From Phoronis australis (lineage: Eukaryota > Animalia > Phoronida): a stretch of 53,527 bases of DNA. Shown here one piece after another: positions 1 to 13,190 of the stretch. Numbering within the stretch: the stretch's first letter is position 1; each line of letters opens with the position of its first letter. The stretch covers positions 1 to 53,527 of the forward strand of contig NMRA01001114.1 of NCBI GenBank assembly GCA_002633005.1, in the 5' to 3' direction. The notes beneath the pieces are model-generated. The model was given only the letters and a program-made list of their open reading frames with translations. It was not told where the DNA came from and searched no databases. The translations under genes were made by a program, and so were the position numbers.

Positions 1-49
1 ACTGTTCGCAGGATCTTTACGAAATTTAATAAGTGTAATTATATGATGT

Positions 50-570
50 ATGTTTGCGGTGTAAAGAGGGCAGGGTTGAGTATAACGAATCCGACTTTTG
101 TGGCGCCTCCTAGTGGTAGTTTTGTTTTTCTTTGCGCCCATAGCTGCATCGCCGTAACACACTGCTGGATCTTTATTGAATTTAGTACCGTAATTGTATT
201 CATATGAAGCTTACAATAGATTAGGTCTTTCAGGCCTGTTCAGTGTACCCCATAGTGGCATTTTCATTTTTTTTTCTGTTTTCTTCTGTTTCTCTGAAGT
301 TCCTTGACAGATTTTTATGAAATATGGTGAATAGCTTTCTATTCAAGAAGCAATGTCATTTTCCCGTTTTCAAATGGATTGGCTGTTTTTGTGCCATCTA
401 GTGGCTGTTTTTATGAAACAAATGAACAACCCTAGAAGCACAAAGTTTGCGATGCATTTGTTGGGGCATTTCAACGCTCTGGGTTGCTCGTTTCTGCACT
501 TCTTGATAATAATGCCATCTTTCAAATTCTTTAAAGATGTCTGCATGTAGTGTGTTTATGAAGTTATATC
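50..570 (+). repeat. Dispersed repeat family rich in CCACTAG motifs (copies at 36400-36890 direct, 4250-4560 inverted; related sequence at 1140-2070 and 35600-36400)
   Basis: 60-570 is nearly identical to 36408-36890. The recurring motif is (g/t)gcc(a/c)(c/t)ctagtgg. Confidence 0.85.
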
Positions 571-2099
571 TTATGTCAACCGTCCACACATAGTGGAACA
601 TCCCATATCCAAGATTACCATCAAATGTTCGCATATCGACAGCCCACACGCCGTGGAACGTCCATTCATTCAAGGATTGGCAACTACTATCCATATGTCA
701 ACATTCCCCATATCGAGAAATGTCTATGCATCGAGGATCGACATCTTCCATACACATATCAACCACCCTCACATCAAGAAATGTCCGCTCATCAAGGTCC
801 ACCATCAACCGGCTACAAACCAACTGTTCACACAACAGCATCTACCATCGGCCATCCGCATAGCAATCTTCCACACACCATGGAACATTCACACAACTAG
901 AATCGTCAACTACCATTCTCATACCGATCATGTGTCCACGGATGCCTGCCATCCACCGTATGCATATTGACTGTCCCCCCACCGGGACAGTCATTATACA
1001 TACAGTCCATTGACCATATGCATATTGACTGTCCCGGTGGGGGGACAGTCAAGATGCATGCAATCAAGGGCAAGCATCAATGGAAACATGGTCAGCAGGA
1101 GGATGGGAGATGAAGATCCTAGATGTGTGGACATTCCNAGAAAAAACAGAAGTAGTCGCAATAAATAAAATTGCCACTAGAGGCCACCCGAATAATATCC
1201 AGTTATTAAAGTCAACCAGGGTTTTTGCATCCGGAACACAACTGTCAGTTTTCATAATGATCCTTTGAGTGGTTTGGCAGACCGAGGCAGAGGTCAAAAG
1301 CATAATTTTTTAAATGCCCACTAGCTGATCCAGAAAACATCAGTTCTATATGAAAATGGGAACGCGTTGTCGTCTCCTTAATAGAAACTTGTTTGCCGAA
1401 TTTCATAAATATCAATTTATGAACTCCAAAGATACACACTGAGGTGAACGTAAAAAGAACATTTTGCCACTAGGGGGCACAATGGAATTTGGGTCAGTTC
1501 GACACTCGTTACTGTTTCTCATCCGTTCCATACGAACACATTTTTCAAATTTCACAAAGCTCCTTCAAAGTGTCAAGGAGACTAAGCTGCAGACGCAAAA
1601 AACAAAATTGCAACTAGGGGGTGACAAAATAATCGGACCCATCTGAATGTCAATCTCATTCATGGCCCTTTGGTCAGGAACACATCTGTAAATTGTCATA
1701 CTGATGCTTTAAGCGGTATGGTAGATAGGGAGGCGGACGCCAGAAAACCAATGCAAAAGTAAAAAAATGGTCACCAGGTAGCATAGAAAACGTCAGATCT
1801 GTCCGAAAATGGTAAGGTGTTGTTGTGTTCTTATTTGAAAGATATTCGCCGAATTTCATGGAAATATTAATAAAAATGAACTCCAAAGATACAAACTTAA
1901 GGCAAACATAAACAAACATTTTGCCACTAGGGGGCACAGTGGTATTTGGATCAGTTCGACAGTTATTACGATGTCGTCGGCTCCAGAAAAATGCATCTCC
2001 TCCTAAGGGTTGAGATTGAGCCGCAGATCTGCAAAAAAATCACACTAAGGGGTGACACAGTAGTCAGACTTGTCTGAAAGCCAACGTGGACTGGGCTAA

Positions 2100-4160
2100 C
2101 ATTTTAAAAAATACTTTCCCCATTGAACACCTTTTCAGTGTCAATTAGACTCGAATTCTGCAAAATATCTTCCCAGGCAGAGTCTTTTTAAAAGCTTTAA
2201 TAAAAGAAAGTAAATGAATAATGTTAAGACCACAAACTGCATAATTCTGAACCATTGTCTTAACAGAAATTCTATCTCTTTTTACTCCAAATAAACTGAA
2301 AAAAAACATTTTCTGCAGTTGTTTAATAAAATCGTCCTTCGGTGATGGGAGACTTAAGAAAAGATGGGTAAGCTTTGGCAATAAAAAAGGTTTTCCCCAG
2401 AACACTGGGGTATCTTCTGGATCAAGAGCATAAGACATTTTGAATATCAGAAATTTTGCATTTACCGTAAGCTCAAACCAATCACTTTGTCTAGATTCAC
2501 GCTAAATTGAATACTAGAAAATTCTGTTTTTAACTAATGTATAGTACTGAGTTTTTGCGAAATCATGTATCATACTTCCTGTTTCCAATCCAATTCAACT
2601 CAGTTTTTTAAATGTTTAGTTTAAGACCGAAATAGCAAATTGCTACGGAAGATCCATTGCCTTCTTGAGAAGCCGCCTCTGACACTCATATCATCCACAC
2701 ACTGTGGTATCGTTACTTCTCGAGTTCCACAATTAATTCCCTTTACTTCATTATTATTTCTAAGCATGTAGTCCAAAATTTCATTGCAAAGCCCAAACAA
2801 ATAACACGAGATTGGTTCCCCTTGTTTGCACCCTCGTTCAACTTTGAGAAAGTCTGGCAGGCAATGTCATGTTGCATGACGCAAAGTTGTGAGTTTTTGT
2901 ATAACATTTTTATCCTTTCACAAAAAATATCTCCGAACTCAAACATCTTAAGAACATTAAACACAAAATTCCAGGACAATGTATCAAATGCTTTGCCAAA
3001 ATCCACTATTGTTCCAAGACCCAAAAGTTTTCTTGAGTACGTATTATACAAAATGTCATAAAGAGCTCAGAGTCCTGTCTGATCTGGGTGAATCAATTTT
3101 TTAAGAACTTTATTCAGTCTTTGTATTAAACAAGATGACAAAATTTAATTTTTTTAAATTATCATGGCTAACCCGATTTTAGCAGAACTTTAATTATTCA
3201 TTGCAGTTGTGAAGTGGGGATTTCATTTCACTACTATATACTTGAAAGATCTAAATAAGAAGGGTGATAATTCCTTCCAAAAGCAAAACCATCAATTCCT
3301 GGGCTTTTGTTATTTTTCATGTTCTTTAATGCAATGTTATTTCTTGCTCGATCAATATTGCTAATTTTTTCGGATATTTTGAGTTTCTGCAGTGTCACTG
3401 ATATTCTCAATTCCACGTGCACTGTCTATAGAAGCATATAGTTCAGATTTTAATTCACTTAAATTTCTTTTTGTTTTGTCAAAGTATCACCCGAGGGCTT
3501 TACCACCCTAGTTATTGTTATCTTAACTAAGTTTCGGTTTTCTAAGCCACAAAAGTACTGTGTTGCCTTATCACCTTCTTCAATCCTAAGCCTTTTATAT
3601 AATTTTCTCATTTTTACAAATGGATATTGCATTCCTGCATTAACTCTTCATAAACAATATTTGAAAAACCTAATTCAATCCTCTTAAAGCTTTTGTTTTT
3701 GCTTCTACATTGCAACAGAAAATGTTATAGTAATTGCCTTGATGTTGTTCAAAAAACAAAAAATAAAAAATGATGAACAATCGGGTTAATATCCTTCAAT
3801 AATTCTTCATTAAAGTGTTCATTATTGTATGGCTGAGCAGAATGCTCCTCAATAATATCGATAGTCATATTTCTAACTTTGGTTAAATAATGATCATCTT
3901 CTAACAGAGAATTATTAAGTCGTCAGAAACTGCGCTGTTTTTGAAAATTGCTACTAACAGTTAAATGTAAAGCAAATACTTGAGTGTTTTGTTCTGTAAC
4001 CTGGACTAAGAGTTTACGCTATCCACCATGTTCAAAAACTCATTGCTGACTAAAAAATCTAGACATTTTGCAAGGAGTCTTTTTAAACAATGAAAAGCAT
4101 TTTTGGACTATTCTCAATGGGTCCTCAAGATTAAAAGAGCTTTTTAGATTCTCAATTCCC
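2100..4160 (-). mobile_element. Decayed L1/Tx1-like non-LTR retrotransposon ORF2 fragment
   Basis: Minus-strand fragments in the expected order: endonuclease C-terminus (SRLDFF-like, NNSLLED), NNKSPGIDG, HPDQTG, VDFGKAFDTLSW..F.FG, QGxPIS, GLKLN, LLPKLTHLFLSLPSP. Many stops and frameshifts. Confidence 0.85.
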
Positions 4161-4671
4161 CTTTTCAGATTAGGATTGTTTTGTTGTAATTGAACAACAT
4201 TACAGTCACAATATAATAACAAGAGCAATGCAGAGTGAAGAAATGTGCCCACGAATGCACAGCAAACAGTGTGCTTTTAGGGGTGTTTATTTGTATCATA
4301 AAAATGGCCACTAGATGGCACAAAGTACATAGCATCCATCCGAAAACCGGAACATACCATTGTTTCTTTAATAAAAAGCCAGTTGCCCAATCAAGGAACT
4401 TGAGAGAAATAAAGGAAAACGGAAAAAAATGATATTGCCATTACGAGCCACAGCGTTTTTCGTATGCAACTGAAAGTCGCCATCTGTTGTCAACTTCATG
4501 TAGTTACTCTTAGTACTAAATTTAATAAAGATCCTGCTATGGGTTTAGGATGTTGTGCTTGGAATTGTGATTCAACTTGAAATAGAAATCTATTCAGAGT
4601 TGACGCAAGTGATCTTGAGATTAAGCAAGCACTTGCGACATCTAGTGTAGAACTGTTAACTAAAATTTAAC

Positions 4672-5121
4672 ATAAATGAAAACACTTCCACCTAATTGCG
4701 AGCTCCAAGCACTGGCGTATACACGGGGCGGGGGGTGAGGTGGCAGGTACAACGGGGCATGGCAAAGTGTTCAATGCAAAACCCCTCTCGGTACTGTACA
4801 TCCTAGCTCTTAATTATTCTTAATCCTTTCCATTGCAAAAGTCCCAGGTTGCCAGTCATTTCATCGCCTCGGTCACAAACCCAACCATCCCAGTCAAACC
4901 ACCTTTGGACACAATTGACCAAGACTAGAATAACATACAAATGGGCGATAAAAATAATTAAAACAGAAACAATAACTCATGACAAACGAATTCGTTGTAC
5001 CGTACAGAGAGGGGTTTTGCATTGAACAGTTTGTAATGCCTCGTTGTACCTGCCACCTCACCCCCCCCCGTGTATACGCCAGTGCTTGAGCTCGCAATTT
5101 GGTGGAAGTGTTTTCATTTAT
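4672..5121. mobile_element. Foldback/MITE with ~128-bp terminal inverted repeats
   Basis: 4672-4800 is the near-perfect reverse complement of 4996-5121, with a ~195-bp spacer. Confidence 0.85.
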
Positions 5122-6243
5122 ATCTCACAATGACATCGCCAATTGCTGCCAGCATGGCCTAAGCAGGGATCTGTAATTTTTTCTTAAAATCTTATCTAAT
5201 TAAAGAAGAAGTTCAGATAACGCTTGTTGAGTAAAACTACTGTTATTTTTGGCAAATAAAGTGGAAATACTCATTTCATTTTTAAACATGCAATTTAATG
5301 AATATTAGTTTTTCATTGGTTTGCTGTGTGATGTCATCAGGTCTATATATTGATGACAATATGCCAAAAGTTACAGAAAACAACTCTGAAGTTCTGTTGA
5401 CAGGTTTTGAATGTTCTCATAATTTTCTGGCCTACGATATTTTTGCCTTTTTCTGTTCAGTACAGACCCACATAACATTACGCCAATGTATGTAAAGACA
5501 GACAAAAATGGCCCAGTGAAATAATACTGTCTATACCACTTGCTTTGGCACAGTAGCTTGCAAACCACTGCCCAGCATTCGCTGTTTGAAAGAACCATGT
5601 TAGACTGAGTGACTAAGTGAGGTAACATATGCATATGCGTCTTTTGCAGGTTGTCGACATCTCTAAATACAGTTGTTAACATTTAACAACTGGACTGAAA
5701 CATGGTGGCACACAGTAAAGTTTGATACAAACGTTCCCATGTGAGTGAGGAGCATACAGAGGTAATGACATATCAACTACTGACAGTACATCTGGATCCT
5801 TGTTCACTTTTCAAAACTCGTGTGTAGGTCAACAGATTTGCCAAAGGTGGAGGACCCCATTTCATTGCTGGTACAGCATTTGAAGCTGCTTGCCAATGAA
5901 TTACCTTAAATGTAGCATATGTCCCTCTAAGGTCTATGTAACCTAATCTGCCTCATAGATCAGTCTACATTTCTTTTATTAAATGGCTACATATGCTTTA
6001 ATGCTAAGTTTGATGTACTGACATTGTCTGCTTACTTTGTTGTCAGGGTTTGTGATTTTTATGGTATCTGATTGGTCACATTGCTAGTTGCGTGACATCC
6101 TGGTGGCGTAAATGAAAAGTGTTATTCCACAGGTTGGTGGGTCAAAATTATCAAACTGTGTTCCTGACAATCAGCGGACAAAAGTATCAGTTGTCATGTA
6201 ATGAAACAACATGAGTAACCCAAAATTTAATGTCAGGACATAA

Positions 6244-6713
6244 GGTTATGTGGCACATTACTGACAAATATCTACAAACTTTGGAATTTAACTTTCTAAA
6301 ACACTACTTTAATTCATGAAAGTAGTCTTTACATAAAGACTTCATATATCAATCTGCCATTAATTGGGTCCCATGACCATATTTTTAATAAGATCCAGGT
6401 AAAAGGAATACATTCATAACAAAACAGTGGAGTCGATAACATGACCAATTTTCTTTTTGTATAAATGTTTTTTTAGTTACCCTTTTCATTTTAATCAATG
6501 TTTGAGTTTTTCATGAAATTACTGAAACTCCCTGTTTTAGCTAGCCCTCCCATGCCAAAGTAGATCAGTCAAAAAACAATCTCTAAAAGCCTGATGGGGA
6601 ACAGTGCATAAAATACAAGATCTGAAAGTTTTTATTGGAATCCTATCAGCCATTTGCAAGATATGTTTTCCGCTTTACCAAGTTTAGACATTTGTCTAGG
6701 ATCTCCCATAACC
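6244..6713. mobile_element. Kolobok-like ~470-bp MITE
   Basis: ataa|GGTTATG...CATAACC|ttaa. Shares internal motifs (taattgggtc..atgacca, tagccctc..atgc) with 45769-46259. Confidence 0.55.
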
Positions 6714-7569
6714 TTAACCTGATACTTGAACACTTTTCTTTTACTGCACAGTGAAAGATGTCGTATAACTGTTGGTCTTCAAATTTGCCATAAGTTGATC
6801 ACATCAGGTGTTGGCTAACGGGTTAGCAGAAAGTCCTGGGTTCAAACCTTGGTGGGGACAGAGAGCATTTTGTAGATGTAGCTATGTATCACCTGATGCT
6901 AACAAATTGACTTCAACAGAAGTCTCCAAGACTGCCAAATTTGAATAAATTTCTTCCCAGAATAATTTGTCAGTTTACAGTCGAACTTTTGTCAGAGTTG
7001 AATGTCGACACTGTGTCTAGTCCTTAATTTTTTGTTTGTGCCTGGTCTTGCGCAATAAGTCGTTTTTGTTTTGATTTAGCTAGAAAAGAAACAAATATTT
7101 TATTAGTCTTGTCAAATTACGACATTGTGTAGTTTAGTTTGAAAAATACTGTATGCCAGCCATTGTACCTTTATAGAGTTTGTTTTATGTTGCATTATAA
7201 TTTGGTGGTATTTTGGAAAAAATAAAAACTTAGGCCTGTCCATGCAGATATTGTTAAAGCAACCTCACATTTTTATTTTTAAATATCTTTAAAAACTATC
7301 CACCATTTTTGTTGTAACATACATCATCTCCAGTGAGAGACTACGTCCACCTGCACTAGCATGGAGAAAATATTTTCCATGACCCCTGAGCTTTCCAAAA
7401 AGAATGGGCCCAACTCGAGGATTTCATTTTTGTCTATGAAAGTTACTCATTAAAGGTATTAATTTTTTTATAAAATTGAAAATGTGAAACCCCATACTGT
7501 TTTAAGTACTGGTTAAATTTGAAATTATGTAGAAGACGATTGCTAATGTGTTAGAGTAGTCTCAAGAAT

Positions 7570-7790
7570 AGGAATTGCGTTTACAGTTTGCTTCACCACT
7601 TAGTTTTTTGTGAAATGAAAAGACATGGATTGCAAGTTTGCTTATTAAAGGGAACAGTATTTTGTTCTGAATTGATTTAGCATACAGCTTTGAACCAAGT
7701 CAAGGGCAACGGATGGTGTCCTATGCCTGCCCTCTTGTACGATACGTTTTTCACAGAGTTTGAACAACTAGGTGCCATACAAAAAGGCAT
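7570..7790 (-). pseudogene. Degenerate THAP-domain coding relic (copy 1)
   Basis: MPFCMAPSCSN...GIGHHPLP..WFKAV matches the THAP N-terminal pattern (CxxxxC, FP, W). Followed by a stop and frameshifts. Confidence 0.6.
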
Positions 7791-8169
7791 CATGGAGAAT
7801 TTTTTACTACACTGGCAAACAGTAAATAATAAGAATCGGTGTGATACAATTGTTAAACGCAATGTAAACTCTATCCACTCAATGCCCCAATATGGAGCAG
7901 AAATATGTGATAAGCAGTCGATGCCCTGTCAATCACTGACATATCAGCCAATCAGAGACTGCTGTCAATATTAGTGTTTTTACAATAAAATGTAAATCAG
8001 TTTTGTTTGGAGCGCAACTCGGGCAAATGTTAGTTTTATATGTATGTTAGAATTGGTTTACTGCTGCATTGTTTTTACTACAGTCATCTTTTAAACTAGG
8101 CATTGGGTAAAAATTAATCACTGATAATTTACAGGGATAGAAAAAATTGTTCATAATGTCTTGCAATCT

Positions 8170-9020
8170 TTCAGGGAATGCTTACTTCACAACATAGGGT
8201 TTGTAAAGCGAAAATAGAATGGCCTGCTCAAACGTGGAATTCGGAAGAAAATAATTGTTAAAGTGTTCAAGAAAGTCTCAAGATAAGAAAAAAGTTGCGC
8301 TTACAACATATTTTAACCCGCCAGAAAATGTTTGGTTCACCAAGTGACTTTGTAAAGCTAATAAAAAATCATTCCAAGTTCAAGCAAGGGCGTGGCTTGC
8401 TTAAACATGGAATTGGGTAGAAAACAATTGAAAATTGATTCAGAGGTGTTCCAAACGTAACAGAAAATGCCTTTATGACATATTTTAAGTGGTCAGAGAA
8501 TATTTGCTACACCAGAGGATTTTTTGTAAGGAAAAATTGAATTATTCCAAATTAAAGCAAGGGCGTGGCTTGTTTAAACTTGGAATTGGGTAGAAAAAAC
8601 TACAAAATGCATTCAGGGGTGTTTCAAAAGTAATAGAAAATGCATTTACAATGTATTAGAACCAGAGAAAGAATGTTTGTTTAACCATGTGATTTTTTGT
8701 AAGGTGGAAACTGAATTATTCCAAGTGTATGTGAGCCATGCCCTTGCTTAAACTTGGAATTGGGTAGAAAAAAGTGCGAATGCGCTCAGAAGTGTTCCAA
8801 AATTATTAGAAAATGCATTTAAAATGTCTTGCTACCAGTTACCAAATGTTTGGTAAACTATGGGATTTTTTGTAAAGCAGAAATTGAATTATTCCAGTTA
8901 ATGCAAGGGCGTATCTTGCTTAAACGTTGAATGGGGTTGAAAAACTGTAAATGCGCTCAAAAGTATTCTAAAGGTAATAGAAAAAAAGCATTTAAAATGT
9001 ATTGCAACCAGTCGAACATA
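8170..9020 (+). repeat. ~174-bp tandem satellite (4-5 units) with an internal hairpin, copy 1
   Basis: Recurring attccaagtt.aagcaagggcgtggcttgcttaaacttggaat at ~174-bp spacing. Confidence 0.85.
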
Positions 9021-11719
9021 TCCCTATTAAGCACCGAATTGTTTGTACAACAGATCACGAACCATTTCATTTCACATGATTTACACTTCCTACGTCAGTC
9101 ATGCTGGTTTTGTTTACGTATAAAGCGCTATCTGTTGACAAATATAAAAGCCAATCAGAACCTCCGATGTAAAAATGGTATAAAAATTAACTGGTGTCTT
9201 TCCCCTAGTGGATATACAAGGAACCAGCGAGAGTGAGACCCTAGCGTTACTGAACTCTTCTATTACGAAAGATTAATATATAGGCACAAATAAAACGATA
9301 CCCTGGTTTCTGGAAAGAATTCTAGTACAGTGAGTAGCAAATCAGTAATGAATTTAAGTATGGTGATCTCTGCGCCCAGCAGTCTGTATCATGAAAATCG
9401 TGTTCAGTTTTCGGGCCAATCGGAGTCCATATAGCCGGGTCATGAAGTTTTCAGTTGCGCTAGCGGCGGGTCCGGGGTTGTCGTTGGGGGCAATGCAATA
9501 TTCAGAGATTTGAGTATGTTCAGTGATTACTAAACGTTTGAGTGTGCTACTGTTTTATCAGCAATTTGCGCTCTTTACTAGGCGATTTGTATTGCGCGTT
9601 TTGCGAACAGCATGCAATCGGTGTAATGGTGGAACGACAAAGTGACAGAAATAGGTAGAGGAAACTAAGAAAATAATAATTGGTTTTCATGATTTCCACG
9701 CCATGATCATTAGAGATTTTACCACTGGACAACATCCCAAATTTATACACGAATGTTAGACGATTATTAATAGACTATAACTGGAAATGATAAGTTATAG
9801 TCGTGACATCATGTATTTTGTCCGTTCAAGGTTTTGTCCTGCGTGACCATTTTACATTTTTGCCTAATCTTTCATATATTTTGGACTTGAGAGCACTAAA
9901 TTCTTATTTTAGCACAAACGAGGTTCACTAATCGTCATGTCTCGTTTACACTTTAGTCATAAACTAACCCTCTAAAAAGCTGTATCTCATGAACAATTGG
10001 TATTATTTCGGAAGTGATTTTCAAGGAATTTCGACGACGGTTACCATTATGGCGGCAAAAAACAAACACTTGAAAACCATTTTGTTAGTTCACGTTTTGC
10101 CTGTGATGAAACCCTATGATGTTGGGCGATATGGTCTGACCTAACTGAAGTGTCTTTATATTTTTTACAAAAACCGATTAAAGGGATTGAAACGACATTT
10201 CAGATGAGTAAAATTCGCCCAATTTTCCAAACGCTCCTTCTTAAGGGCAACGTAATCTTTTAGTTATTCAACAGTGTAATTACACTATGCTTAAATAGGA
10301 TAAAAGTTCATTAAGATATTTCGTACGTTTTTGACGGCAGTTGGTTAATCCAAGGTATTTATTGGAAAATTGAAATCATTCACAGTATCAAAAATGTAAC
10401 CTACTGACATTTGTAGGAACTCAAACAAATAATTTAAATAGAACTAACGTTTCAACTACACAGCGATAACTAACAACGTTACAAACAATTAGCTGTCAAT
10501 ATGTTGAATTGCGACTAAAGCGTTCTGGGTTTGAAACATTAACGGACTAATCTGATCTTGAATTGTTGTCGAATGAGTTGACAGCAAACTTAATAATGGT
10601 AAGAAAAACTGCAATTAAAGAGGAAGGTAAAATTATCACAAACACCTGAAAAGTCCACATATGCGACCACACATTTCAAAATTCTCACTCGATTGAACTC
10701 TTTGCTCAGCTTTTTCCACCCTTGCCCAACTTTTTACTTTTTTGTCATCTAAATGGACGCTCACACTCCAAACACCCCCTTTCAACGGACCTGACCAGCT
10801 GAAGGCCAGCATCGTTATGCTGTTTAGTGTTTGCCCGATAACCGTTTTCAAAAAACATAACGTCGACTTAACACATGTTATAAACGCAGAGTACTTACTG
10901 GGTGATGTATCTACAGATGATATTGTTCAGGCACTCCACACAATATATTTATAGATCTCGTTGTAGTAGTAATGAGGTTTCGTATGTAGCACTAGTAATC
11001 GCACGTATCTCTTGTCACAACAGCAGCGGTTTTCTGGTTCGAATAGCAATATTTAGTTGAATCTCATTGGCGGGAAATACAAAAGTCACGTGACAAGAGA
11101 CTCAGGGTACCCCCTCCCCGTTGTTCTATTGAATGCAACCAATAGGAAGTGCAGACAAACACAGTTAGGCCACTACCACCTTAGGTACCTGGTGCGAACT
11201 TGAAGTTCCCTGTGTGCAAACCCAATATGGACTTAGGCTTCCAGCATGCGTACCACATCACGGATTCCTTTCGATGGAGTTCCCGATGTGAAGCTAAACC
11301 ATCACAAAAGGCCTAATTGACCCCATTCATAGGAAACGTACATGGCTTCTGGGTGTCGCGGTTAGTTACACAGCACAAGTATAACAGTATAAGGCGGGTG
11401 GTNAAAAACTTAGGCCTGTCCATGCAGATATTGTTAAAGCAACGTCACATTTTTATTTTTAAATATCTTTAAAAACTATCCACCATTTTCGTTGTAACAT
11501 ACATCATCTCCAGTGAGAGACTACGTCCACCTGCACTAACATGGAGAACATATTTTCCAGGACCCCTGAGCTTTCCAAAAAGAATGGGCCCAACTCGAGG
11601 ATTTCTTTTTTGTCTATGAAAGTTACTCATTAAAGGTATTAAAATTTTTTATAAAATTGAAAATGTGAAACCCCATACTGTTTTAAGTACTGGTTAAATT
11701 TGAAATTATGTAGAAGACG

Positions 11720-11960
11720 ATTGCGTTTACAGTTTATTGTAATCTGGGAGAGAAAGCTTGCTTCACCACTTAGTTTTTTGTGAAATGAAAAGACATGGAT
11801 TGCAAGTTTGCTTATTAAAGGGAACAGTATTTTGTTCTGAATTCATTTAGCATACAGCTTTGTACCAAGGCAAGGGCAACGGATGGTGTCCTATGCCTGC
11901 CCTCTTGGACCACACGTTTTTCACAGAGTTTGAACAACTAGGTGCCATACAAAAAGGCAT
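11720..11960 (-). pseudogene. Degenerate THAP-domain coding relic (copy 2)
   Basis: Near-identical to 7570-7790, within the duplicated block. Confidence 0.6.
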
Positions 11961-12349
11961 GGAGAATTTTTTACTACACTGGCAAACAGTAAATAATAAG
12001 AATCGGTGTGATACAATTGTAAAATGCAATGTAAACTCTATCCACTCAATGCCCCAATATGGAGCAGAAATATGTGGTAAGCAGTCGATGCCCTGTCAAC
12101 CACTGACATATCAGCCAATCAGAGACTGCTGTCAATATTAGTGTTTTTACAATGAAATGTGAATCAGTTTTGTTTGGAGCGCAACTCGGGCAAATGTTAG
12201 TTTTATATGTATGTTAGAATCAGTTTACTGCTGCATTGTTTTTACTACAGTCATCTTTTAAACTAGGCATTGGGTAAAAATTAATCGTTGATAATTTACA
12301 GGGATAGAAAAAATTGTTCATAATGTCTTGCAATCTTTCAGGGAATGCT

Positions 12350-13190
12350 TACTTCACAACATAGGGTTTGTAAAGCGAAAATAGAATGGCCTGCGTAAAC
12401 GTGGAATTCGGAAGAAAATAATTGTTAAAGTGTTCAATAAAGTCTCAAGATAAGAAAAAAGTTGTGCTTACAAGATATTTTAACCCACCAGAAAATGTTT
12501 GGTTCACCAAGTGACTTTGTAAAGCTAATAAAAATCATTCCAAGATTAAGCAAGGGCGTGGCTTGCTTAAACTTGGAATTGGGTAGAAAACAATTGAGAA
12601 TGCATTCAGAGGTGTTCCAAACGTAATAGAAAATGCATTTATGACATACTTTAACTGGTCAGAGAATATCTGCTACTCCACAGGATTTTTTGTAAAGAAG
12701 AAATTGAATTATTCCAAGTTTAAGCAAGGGCGTGGCTTGCTTAAACTTGGAATTGGGTAGAAAAAACTACAAAATGCATTCAGGGGTGTTTCAAAAGTAA
12801 TAGAAAATGCATTTACAATATGTTAGAACCAGAGAAAGAATGTTTGGTTAACCATTTGATTTTTGTAAGGTGGAAACTGAATTATTCCAAGTTTAAGGGA
12901 GCCACGCCCTTGCTTAAACTTGGAATTGGGTAGAAAAAAAAGTGCGAATGCGCTCAGAAGTGTTCCAAAATTATTAGAAAATGCATTTAAAATGTCTTGC
13001 TACCAGTTACGAAATGTTTGGTTCACTATGGGATTTTTTGTAAAGCAGAAATTGAATTATTCCAGTTAATGCAAGGTCTTATCTTGCTTAAACGTTGAAT
13101 GGGGTTAAAAAACTGTAAATGCGCTCAAAAGTATTCTAAAGGTAATAGAAAAAAAGCATTTTTAAATGTATTGCAACCAGTCGAACATAT
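12350..13190 (+). repeat. ~174-bp tandem satellite with an internal hairpin, copy 2
   Basis: Hairpins start at 12537, 12711, 12884 and 13059. Confidence 0.88.

Noticed and set aside
593-970. 125-aa His-rich ORF
   Set aside because: It derives from a degenerate tandem array and foldback arm, and has no recognisable domain.
6808-6860. tRNA gene (A-box-like TGGCTAACGGGTTAG, B-box-like GGTTCAAACC)
   Set aside because: The boxes are too close together and there is no cloverleaf. At most a SINE remnant.
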